NCBI GenBank assembly: GCA_016212935.1
Contig: JACRDE010000622.1
Coordinates: 1-51,081 of the forward strand
DNA: 51,081 bases
Source: Desulfomonile tiedjei
GTDB lineage: Bacteria > Desulfobacterota > Desulfomonilia > Desulfomonilales > Desulfomonilaceae
Reading direction: 5' to 3'
The position numbers and the translations under genes are program-made. Below, piece after piece: positions 18,255 through 26,044 of the stretch. The notes beneath the pieces were generated by a model. The model had not been told where the DNA came from. It saw nothing but the letters and a program-made list of their open reading frames with translations, and searched no databases. Every line of letters begins with the position of its first letter. Within the stretch, counting starts at the first letter, position 1.

Positions 18255-18337
18255 GTCATGTGTCTGAAGCGCCCAAGCGCGAACAAATCTCATTTCACCC
18301 AAGGAAGATTGCTTCGGCGTTCCTATCCTCTAACGAC
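18255..18337. repeat. Degenerate 'GTCAT...AATCTC...GATTGCTTCG...GAC' palindromic repeat
   Basis: Contains gtcat..., 'aacaaatctc' and 'aagattgcttcg...taacgac', recalling a widespread intergenic palindromic repeat type. Confidence 0.3.
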
Positions 18338-18569
18338 GGGATAAATGGCCCGGCTGGTTCTTTCATCGGGTAACCGGCAATAATCTTCGACAATTGCGGA
18401 GCACGTTCTTTTGGAGAACCTCGGGTTACAGTGATTCGGATTCCGGTGCTTCATCGACCCTATTTCAATTGTGTGAATGCCCTTTCCTATGAACACGATA
18501 TGGTGGGGACCGGCAAGATGCCGGTTCTGCTGCACAGTCTTCATGGTTTGCTGTGGCGCTTCCGCCATA

Positions 18570-18628
18570 GGAGTTGATCTTGCAAAAAGGTCCTCACAGA
18601 TTCCTCCAAGTTTGAATGCGATCTGATT
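18570..18628. mobile_element. Partial degenerate MITE copy (right end)
   Basis: 'ggtcctcacagattcctccaagtttgaatgcgatctgatt' followed by TCA resembles the right ends of the other copies. Confidence 0.45.
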
Positions 18629-18762
18629 TCATTCATCACCTTTTCACGCTCGCATGGAACTCACGATGGTTATTCGGTTAAATCAATTGCACTGAATGGC
18701 CATCATGAGCTCTTTGGAAATCTCTGAAAAAAGACAATCAGGCAGTGTTCCACAAAAAAGCA

Positions 18763-18799
18763 TTGACAAGCAGAGATCGGTGAGTGATCATTACTTACC
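18763..18799 (+). promoter_or_regulatory. -35 TTGACA plus a palindromic operator over the -10 region of the thiolase promoter
   Basis: TTGACA 18763-18768; GGTGAGTGAT-C-ATTACTTACC (8/10 dyad) 18779-18799. Confidence 0.5.
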
Positions 18800-18891
18800 A
18801 TAACTGCAATTGTCTGAGGCCCCTTGCAAAGGGCAATAGCTGACTCTGATCACCTCATCGAATAGATTTCTCATTATTCAGCGGAGGATCA

Positions 18892-20073
18892 ATGGAAGAC
18901 GCATTTATCGTAAGCGCTGTCAGAACACCGGTGGGAAAAAGGAACGGCAGCCTATCGCAATTCCGTGCGGACGATCTCCTGGGACTTGTCCTCAGAGAGG
19001 TCGTGCAGCGGGTGGGCGTTGACGCTGCCGAGGTGGAGGACGTCATAGGCGGTACGGTCACCCAGGTTGGTGAGCAAGGATTCACCCTGGCCAGAATGGG
19101 CGTGCTTGCTGCCGGTTTTCCTGACGATATTCCAGGTGTGTCGATCAACCGTCAGTGCGGGTCAAGCTTGACTGCATTGAATTTCGCTGCGGCTCAAATC
19201 GTGGCGGGCTGGAGAGACTGCGTTATCGCCTGCGGTTGCGAACTCATGAGCAAATATGCCATCGCGGCAGAATGGTACAATCTTACTCTTTCAAACGGTC
19301 AGCCTGCAGGAATGCCTTTGGGGCCCGCGTACTTCAGCAGGACCGGCGGGAAGTACGTGGATCAGGGCCAGGCTGCGGAACTTATAGCCCAGAAATGGGG
19401 CATCTCAAAAGAGGAAATGGACGGGTTCGCGGTTCGCAGCCATCAGCGTGCCCAGCGTGCTCACACTGAAGGACGCTTTGCCCGGGAAATCCTACCAGTG
19501 AAGTTCAAGGGCCCGGATGGCCAGGAAAAGGTCCTGGACAAGGACGAAACCGTGCGGCCGGAGACTTCAATGGAAGCCCTTTCCGGACTCAAGACCGTGT
19601 TCGGCACCAAGATCGTAACAGCGGGGAATTCCAGTCCGATAAGTGACGGCTCTTCAGCAGTACTGCTGATGTCTGGTCGTAAGGCCAGGGAATTGGGAGT
19701 CACACCGAGAGCACGAGTCGTAGCCAACGCCGTAGCCGGAGCCGACCCAGTGCTCATGCTCACGGGCCCTATTCCTGCTACTGCAAAAGTTCTGAAAAAG
19801 GCCGGACTCTCTTTCAATGATATCGACGAAGTCGAGATAAACGAGGCCTTTTCACCAATTCCGTTGGCCTGGGGACGCGAGTACAATCCTGACTGGGAAA
19901 AGGTCAATCCCAACGGTGGAGCAATAGCTTTGGGGCATCCGGTGGGAAACTCGGGTTGCAGGCTAACGGTGACTTGCCTGCACGAGCTGGAAAGAACAGG
20001 AGGCAGATACGGACTGGTGACTCTTTGCACGGGCGGCGGCATGGCCCCTGCGACCATAATCGAAAGAGTCTGA
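18892..20073 (+). CDS. Thiolase (acetyl-CoA C-acyltransferase)
   Basis: 'SAVRTPVG', catalytic 'RQCGSS', 'NEAF', 'GHPVGNSG', 'LCTGGG'; GGAGG RBS. Confidence 0.95.
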   Translation: MEDAFIVSAVRTPVGKRNGSLSQFRADDLLGLVLREVVQRVGVDAAEVEDVIGGTVTQVGEQGFTLARMGVLAAGFPDDIPGVSINRQCGSSLTALNFAAAQIVAGWRDCVIACGCELMSKYAIAAEWYNLTLSNGQPAGMPLGPAYFSRTGGKYVDQGQAAELIAQKWGISKEEMDGFAVRSHQRAQRAHTEGRFAREILPVKFKGPDGQEKVLDKDETVRPETSMEALSGLKTVFGTKIVTAGNSSPISDGSSAVLLMSGRKARELGVTPRARVVANAVAGADPVLMLTGPIPATAKVLKKAGLSFNDIDEVEINEAFSPIPLAWGREYNPDWEKVNPNGGAIALGHPVGNSGCRLTVTCLHELERTGGRYGLVTLCTGGGMAPATIIERV

Positions 20074-20161
20074 TTCCGGTTCTCGGCTAAACGAATGAGA
20101 ATCAGGGAGACCCTTCTTGCAAGGTTCCCCCCAATCTCACTTCTTTGAATGCGCATCGGTA
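20074..20161. mobile_element. 88-bp MITE copy inserted at the thiolase stop codon
   Basis: TGA|TTCCGGTTCTCGGCTAAAC...hairpin GGGAGACCCTT/AAGGTTCCCC...TTTGAATGCGCATCGGTA|TGA; an extra end fragment CGAACTGGTA|TGA follows at 20168-20180. Confidence 0.6.
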
Positions 20162-20221
20162 TGAATTCGAACTGGTATGAGTTGCACTCTCAGTGGTGAA
20201 TCGACTTCACAGGAGTCTGTT

Positions 20222-20671
20222 ATGATTCTCTCGCCTGAATTAGTCAAAGAACTCGTGGAAAAGAAGGTTGCATTCGTGGAAAGAATGCGGCTCTCAGCTG
20301 TGGAGATGAGACCGTGTTACGCGAAGCTTGCGGCACCTCTCAAAGGAAATGAAAACCATGTGGGCGGGATGTATGCGGGCGCTCTGTTCACTTTGGCTGA
20401 AATGCCGGGAGGGGCTCTGTTCTTGACAACTTTTGATATGACAAAGTACTACCCTATCGTGAAGGAAATGAATGTCCAGTTCCGGCGACCTGCACTGAGC
20501 GATTGCACGGTCGAGGTCTCCATTTCAGAGTCAGAAGCAGATAGGATCAGAGATGAAGCGGACAAGAACGGCAAGGCTGAATTCATCCTCGAAGCGGAAA
20601 TCAAAGACCAGTCCGGTGAAGTCGTGGCGCGAAGCAGAGGAATTTACCAGATAAGAGCCATAGGCAATTAG
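20222..20671 (+). CDS. Hotdog-fold thioesterase (PaaI / YiiD C-terminal-like)
   Basis: 'NENHVGGMYAGALFTLAEMPGG', 'VQFRRPA'; AGGAG RBS. Confidence 0.85.
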   Translation: MILSPELVKELVEKKVAFVERMRLSAVEMRPCYAKLAAPLKGNENHVGGMYAGALFTLAEMPGGALFLTTFDMTKYYPIVKEMNVQFRRPALSDCTVEVSISESEADRIRDEADKNGKAEFILEAEIKDQSGEVVARSRGIYQIRAIGN

Positions 20672-20674
20672 TGT

Positions 20675-21883
20675 TCACCGGGATGTTTTCTCGCTTGGTT
20701 TCGTTGAGCATAGAACCAGTCCGGCAACCACTCCCAGGACTAGTAATCCTCCGCACCCGTAATAAAGCAATGAATAGTCCCCGTGTATTAGAATTATGTC
20801 TCCAAAGACCGGTCCGACAAAAAATCCCGCCTGAAACATCTGCATGGTGAAATTGGAATTCATTGCACGGAACCTGGGCTCGGAAAGATCGAAGGTCAGA
20901 CTGCTCAATAAAGGCATCACAATACCCCATCCAAGCCCCAGGAAAAGGCCCAGTGCGTAGAAGAATCCATCCCCTCTCACATTGGCTAATGCAAAATAAC
21001 CCAACGCCAACCAAATAAGAGAACCTGTCATCAGTTTGGGTTTGTTCAATTTATCGAACACTGGTGCGGCCATCAGCCGCACCAGGATTTCCGTTACGGT
21101 CGAAAGGGTGAAAAACCATCCAGGGTTCTGGATTCCAATCTTATCGCCGTATCCTTTGAGAAAATAGAAGACAGGGGTGAAAGCAGTCCACACGACCAGA
21201 GCAACCGCGAACATTATCAGAATGCGATAGTCCTTAAGATTTTCGACCATTTCCCGGAGGCCTATTCGTTTTCCTTCAGGGTCCGACTGGCAAACGGACT
21301 TGCGATCCATAACCAACAGCAAGGGAAATACCAGAAGCATTGCGAGAGCCGAGATTTCCAGAACATGCCGAAACCCGCCCAGCAACGTGCTCAGAGGCTC
21401 CAGTATCGGGGGAATCACCGCATAAGGGAGCAGCACTATGACGAAAATCAACCCGAAGGCCTGACCGCTCCTTTCCCTGGGGATACAGCCCACCATCCGG
21501 CTGAGAACCGCGGTCGCCAACACAGTGTGGACGGCCCCGTGAAACAGCCGCACAGCCGCCATGCTCCAAAAGCCGTCGGCCACGTCATACAGACCCAGGG
21601 ACACGACCACAAGAAAACTACTTATTGCAATCCATTTCCTCGCATTCCACGGTGTTAGAAAAGGACTTATGACTGGTCTGATCAGCACAGCGGTAAGAGC
21701 GAACAATGCTATCAGGAGTCCAAAGCTATCCCGCGCAATAGGCAGCGTACCCAAGTATTCGTGAAATTGAAAAAAAACAGCAATATTGCAGTACGTGAGA
21801 AACATGATGGCATTGAGAGCCAGGAACTCTTTTGTAATCAAAGGCTCGCGATGTGAGGTATCTGTCAATTCAGCCCCTCTCAA
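20675..21883 (-). CDS. MFS transporter
   Basis: ~12 hydrophobic segments; 'RLFHG', 'IPRERSGQAFG'. Confidence 0.88.
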   Translation of the reverse strand: MRGAELTDTSHREPLITKEFLALNAIMFLTYCNIAVFFQFHEYLGTLPIARDSFGLLIALFALTAVLIRPVISPFLTPWNARKWIAISSFLVVVSLGLYDVADGFWSMAAVRLFHGAVHTVLATAVLSRMVGCIPRERSGQAFGLIFVIVLLPYAVIPPILEPLSTLLGGFRHVLEISALAMLLVFPLLLVMDRKSVCQSDPEGKRIGLREMVENLKDYRILIMFAVALVVWTAFTPVFYFLKGYGDKIGIQNPGWFFTLSTVTEILVRLMAAPVFDKLNKPKLMTGSLIWLALGYFALANVRGDGFFYALGLFLGLGWGIVMPLLSSLTFDLSEPRFRAMNSNFTMQMFQAGFFVGPVFGDIILIHGDYSLLYYGCGGLLVLGVVAGLVLCSTKPSEKTSR

Positions 21884-21916
21884 CCGAAAACTACAAGAAG
21901 ACTTATCAGCATAGAA

Positions 21917-22771
21917 TCAGTAAGTTGTGCCGCAGGCATAATCATTGAGGCGCAACAGCATCGCCTTGGACACCATTCGGCGGTAGTCCGCGCCTGCACG
22001 AATGTCGTAAATGGGAGAGATGGCTTTGTCCAACATTGTCCCAGCATTCTTGAGCACCTCCAGTGAAAGCTGTTCGCCTATCAATGCGTTCTCCACTCCC
22101 TCAGACGTTATCACTGTCGGGCCTACGCTTCCCCATGCCAGCCTCGCCCGTTTCACCTTCCCGGTTTCTGTCAGTTCAAGGACAGCGGCCATGCTTGCTA
22201 TCGCACAAGCCTGCGCTTTTCGTCTGCCTATTTTTTCATAATGGCTCAAGTTCCAACCCTGATGCTTACGAAGCCATACACCCGCCAGAATCTCGCCTTT
22301 CGCCAGGTCGACGGTTCCCGGCCCAATGATGAATTCATTGATTGGAATCCGCTTCGAGCCTTCGCAGTGCCTGATTTCGACTTCTGCTGAAAGAACATAA
22401 AGTGCAGGCAACGTGTCGCCTGCAGGAGATGCAGTTACTATGTTTCCGCCGATGGTGCCCATGTGGCGAATGGGAGGAGAGCCCAGCACGCTTGCCGCCT
22501 TGACCAGCACCCGAAGATGCTCCCTTACCGATTCTGCGACAATGAGCTTACTGTGGGTCGTCGCTGCACCGATGAATAACTCATCGCCGTTGTCCTGCAC
22601 GCCCTGCAACTCTGTCAGCCTTTCCAGGCAAACCAGACTTTCCGGATTGAGCTGTCCGTCTCGTATTTTCACGAACAGATCAGTACCGCCGGCGTACACT
22701 GCCGAATGGGGCTGTCTCTGAAGAACGGCCCAGAGCTCTCCCAATGTGCGTGGAAGGGAGACTTGCCTCAT
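21917..22771 (-). CDS. Xanthine dehydrogenase-family FAD-binding subunit
   Basis: 'AGGTDL', 'IRHMGTIGGNIVTASPAGD', 'DIRAGADYR'. Confidence 0.92.
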   Translation of the reverse strand: MRQVSLPRTLGELWAVLQRQPHSAVYAGGTDLFVKIRDGQLNPESLVCLERLTELQGVQDNGDELFIGAATTHSKLIVAESVREHLRVLVKAASVLGSPPIRHMGTIGGNIVTASPAGDTLPALYVLSAEVEIRHCEGSKRIPINEFIIGPGTVDLAKGEILAGVWLRKHQGWNLSHYEKIGRRKAQACAIASMAAVLELTETGKVKRARLAWGSVGPTVITSEGVENALIGEQLSLEVLKNAGTMLDKAISPIYDIRAGADYRRMVSKAMLLRLNDYACGTTY

Positions 22772-23244
22772 GACTCTTGCCTGTCCCGCAATTCTTCCGC
22801 AGCGGCCTCAACCGCATCAACTATCATCTGATAACCGGTGCACCTGCACAGATTGCCTGACAAGCCTTCTCGTATTTGATCCCTTGATGGCGCTGAATTC
22901 CTGTTGAGCAAATCCACAGAGGCAAGTACCATCCCTGGTGTGCAAAAACCGCATTGCACGGCACCGTGCTCAACAAAGGCGTTCTGCACCGGATGCAATT
23001 GCTCACCCTCGGCGATTCCTTCGATGGTGGTAATGTCTCGATCTTCCAGTTGAACAGCCAGCATGAGGCAGGAAAGTCGGCTCTCACCGTCTACCAGGAT
23101 GGTGCATGCGCCGCAGTCACCAGCAGCGCAGGATTCCTTTGTGCCGGTCATTCCCAGATCTTCTCTGAGCACATCCACAACTCTTCGATCCGGAGCGGCG
23201 TCGATGTGGATCTGCTTCCCGTTGAGCCTGAAAGCTATCTTCAA
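22768..23244 (-). CDS. Xanthine dehydrogenase-family [2Fe-2S] subunit
   Basis: 'GTKESCAAGDCGACT...SCL' and 'QCGFCTPG...NLCRCTGY'. Confidence 0.95.
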   Translation of the reverse strand: MKIAFRLNGKQIHIDAAPDRRVVDVLREDLGMTGTKESCAAGDCGACTILVDGESRLSCLMLAVQLEDRDITTIEGIAEGEQLHPVQNAFVEHGAVQCGFCTPGMVLASVDLLNRNSAPSRDQIREGLSGNLCRCTGYQMIVDAVEAAAEELRDRQES

Positions 23245-25598
23245 ATTGAACTTTCCTGCCTTCCATTACTTGCGAAGGCTTCTAAAATGCGCTCCGCTGT
23301 GAGGGGCGATTCGAAAACTCGTATTCCCAAGGCGTCGGCAACTGCGTTGGCAACCGCGGGGAGCGGTCCGTTGGTGGCTATCTCGCCCACTCCTTTCAAG
23401 CCGAACGGTCCTGTGGGCTCGTAGATTTCCACCGCGATGGAATCGATCTCAGGCACATCCGATGCTGTAGGAATAATGTACGTGGAAAAACCCGTAGTAA
23501 GGATTCGGCCTTTTTCAACTTCAAGTTTTTCCGACAAGGCGTACCCCAGACCCTGGGCTATGCCCCCATGAATTTGCTGCTGATATATCTGAGGGTTCAG
23601 CACCTTGCCGCAATCGCTCACAGCAAGGAACCTTTTCACTTCTGCCGCACCGGTGAGTTCGTCAACTTCCACCGCGGCCAGACAAGCCCCGAAAGAAAAG
23701 AGCGTGTGAGGCAGCCCGTGCAGTTTTATTTCAGGAGAGACCCCAATGTTGTCCGCGGCCACAGGCGCACGAAAATGGTGTACAGCGATCCTCTCCGAAT
23801 CCTGGAAGAATTTGACAAGTCGAAACAGAGGCACTTCACGGCCGGTGGGCAAGTGCCTTACGCTTCCCGGGATGAGAGCCATTTCGTGAGGTCCGGAAGC
23901 CATGAACAAGTCCGCGGCACGCTGCAGAATCCTTTGCTTCAGAGTCTCTGCCGCGCCGATGAGGGCATTCCCGAAAGTGTACGTGCAGCGACTCGCAGAC
24001 GCTGAACCGCTGGGAAGCGTGCGGTCCGTGTCAGGCAAAACGAGTTCCATTTGGCCCGATTCCTGACCCAGAATGCTCCCTGCTATCTGAAGGTTGGTGC
24101 TAGCGTTCCCTTGCCCCATATCAACGACACCGCAATACACTCGGATCTTGCCGTCGCTCGTAAGTTCCACCTTTGCGTTGGCGTAGTCCGGAACTACCGG
24201 GCCGTACCCCGATCCCTGCATTGCAGCCGCAATGCCTACTCCTCGTCGCTTGAAGGGGCCGGCGGACGATTTCCAATCATCCGCTTGTTTCCAGAGATCG
24301 TGCTTGGAAAGCGTTTCAAGGCACTCGACAAGCCCATTGGAGCACACCATGGTCTTGCCCACACAACTCCTGTCGCCTCTTTTCGTGGCGTTCTTAAGAC
24401 GAAGCTTGACGGGGTCCATCCCGAGCTTCTGGGCCAGCATGTCCATCACCTGCTCAACAGCCGCTGTCACTTGTGTTACACCGAAGCCCCGAAAAGCTCC
24501 TCCAATGGGATTGTTGGTGTAAACTGCCCAGCCGGTGAGTTGGGCGTTGGGAATCCTGTACGGACCGCCGGCATGCTCCAGAGCAAGCGTTAGCACCACT
24601 CCACCAAGGTGGTCGTAAGGGCCTGTGTCAAAATACAATCGAACGTCCAGGAAATGTAGCGTCCCGTCGGCCTTGGCGCCGAGCTGATAATACATCAGCG
24701 CCGCGTGGCGCTTCGTGCCGGAAACAAACGATTCCTCCCTGTTCCACCACATCTTAACCGGCCGGCCTCCGGAATGCAGAGCTGCCAGGCCAAGCAGCGT
24801 CTGAACAGTCACTCCGTCTTTGCCGCCGAATGCCCCACCCGGGTACGGAGCGATTATACGTACAAGAGTCGGGTCCAGTCCGAGTGCTTCAGCCACTTCC
24901 ATGCGGTCCCGAAAAGGCGTCTGGGTGGAACAAACGATTTCCAGTTTTCCGTTTGCCAGCAGGCGAGCCCAGCCGGCCTCTGTTTCGAGGTACGCATGCT
25001 CCTGGGACTGGGTCTGAAAGCAGGCTTCAACAATTACGTCGCATTCTTTGTATGCATCCGAACCTGAACCCGTCTTGATCTCACCTTTGAGGAGCCTATT
25101 TCCGTCGGCATTGTCCTCGTGCACCAGTGCAGCACCATTTCTGAGGCCTTGCTCAGAATCGAACACGCCAGGCAGAGGCTCAAAATCACATACAATTAGA
25201 TCGAGCGCTTCCTTGAGAGATTCCTTGTTATCCGCAAGCACCAAAGCGATCGCATCTCCACAATGGCGGGCCTTGTCATTGACTAGCACAGGTTGATCTT
25301 TTCGGATGACTCCCTGCCTGTTTGAGCCGGTGATGTCCTCGTGGGTGAGTACACGGACTATTCCGGGTACTTTCACAGCGCTGCTGAAATCGATTCCTCT
25401 CAGAACGGCATGGGGTACACCGGCTCTCTTCACCCCTGCCCAAACCAGGTTCTCGCCATAGTAATCAGCGGCGTACTTCTCTTTCCCTGTGACCTTTTCG
25501 TAAGCGTCGAGCCGCGGCACCGATGCGCCAATGTGTAACGGTCTGCTCTCAAGATAGGAAAAGCTCGTGTTTTTGTTGTCGAAGTTTTGATCGTTCAT
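23241..25598 (-). CDS. Xanthine dehydrogenase-family molybdopterin-binding subunit
   Basis: 'DAYEKVTG', 'HAYLE', 'GGAFGGK', 'AFRGFG', 'MGQG', 'SASR', 'KGVGE'. Confidence 0.93.
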   Translation of the reverse strand: MNDQNFDNKNTSFSYLESRPLHIGASVPRLDAYEKVTGKEKYAADYYGENLVWAGVKRAGVPHAVLRGIDFSSAVKVPGIVRVLTHEDITGSNRQGVIRKDQPVLVNDKARHCGDAIALVLADNKESLKEALDLIVCDFEPLPGVFDSEQGLRNGAALVHEDNADGNRLLKGEIKTGSGSDAYKECDVIVEACFQTQSQEHAYLETEAGWARLLANGKLEIVCSTQTPFRDRMEVAEALGLDPTLVRIIAPYPGGAFGGKDGVTVQTLLGLAALHSGGRPVKMWWNREESFVSGTKRHAALMYYQLGAKADGTLHFLDVRLYFDTGPYDHLGGVVLTLALEHAGGPYRIPNAQLTGWAVYTNNPIGGAFRGFGVTQVTAAVEQVMDMLAQKLGMDPVKLRLKNATKRGDRSCVGKTMVCSNGLVECLETLSKHDLWKQADDWKSSAGPFKRRGVGIAAAMQGSGYGPVVPDYANAKVELTSDGKIRVYCGVVDMGQGNASTNLQIAGSILGQESGQMELVLPDTDRTLPSGSASASRCTYTFGNALIGAAETLKQRILQRAADLFMASGPHEMALIPGSVRHLPTGREVPLFRLVKFFQDSERIAVHHFRAPVAADNIGVSPEIKLHGLPHTLFSFGACLAAVEVDELTGAAEVKRFLAVSDCGKVLNPQIYQQQIHGGIAQGLGYALSEKLEVEKGRILTTGFSTYIIPTASDVPEIDSIAVEIYEPTGPFGLKGVGEIATNGPLPAVANAVADALGIRVFESPLTAERILEAFASNGRQESSI

Positions 25599-25767
25599 GC
25601 GTTCTGAACCAGATAGCCTGATCTAAATATTGCCGAAGTGTAGGTCCGTCTTCGGGCGAGGTATGTTAGCACAGGGGATCGAGATTCCAGGAAATAAAAA
25701 AAGTGCTATCCGGAAAGCGGGCAGCCGCAGCCGCAGCGATGAATGCACACCCCAATGATTAAGACAG

Positions 25768-25889
25768 TTGCCAAAAATAGTGTCCGTTTCCTCGTCATTC
25801 CTGCGAAGGCAGGAATCCAGATTCTGGCCCCGGGATCAAGTCCTGGGGTGACGGTTCCACTCCCGTAAATGGGACAAGAATTTTGGTAA
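25768..25889. repeat. REP-like palindrome cassette inside imperfect terminal inverted repeats
   Basis: Core GTCATTCCTGCGAAGGCAGGAATCCAG...CCCCGGGATCAAGTCCTGGGGTGAC (25794-25852); flanks TTGCCAAAAATAGTGTCC / GGACAAGAATTTTGGTAA (14/18 inverted match). Confidence 0.6.
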
Positions 25890-25946
25890 TTCCTATAGTA
25901 CGAGGAAATTTCCTGTCCCCTCGCGGCAAACGCGCGAGACGTCCGT

Positions 25947-25979
25947 AAACATCAAGGGGTGACCACTCAGGGCCACCCC
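25947..25979 (-). terminator. Intrinsic terminator downstream of pilY1
   Basis: Minus strand GGGGTGGCC-CTGAGT-GGTCACCCC-TTGATGTTT; a further perfect 12-bp hairpin at 26000-26028. Confidence 0.55.
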
Positions 25980-26044
25980 AGGAAAAGATCGCGTATCGTC
26001 GCTGAACGACGGGAATCGTCGTTCAGCGCGATTGTGCTGTGTGG

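Noticed and set aside
18323-18568. 81-aa minus-strand ORF
   Set aside because: No recognisable motif or SD; bounded by repeat remnants
19461-20156. 231-aa minus-strand ORF
   Set aside because: Antisense to the thiolase; no independent evidence
23241-25598. Aerobic CO dehydrogenase CoxL
   Set aside because: Lacks the AYRCSFR motif
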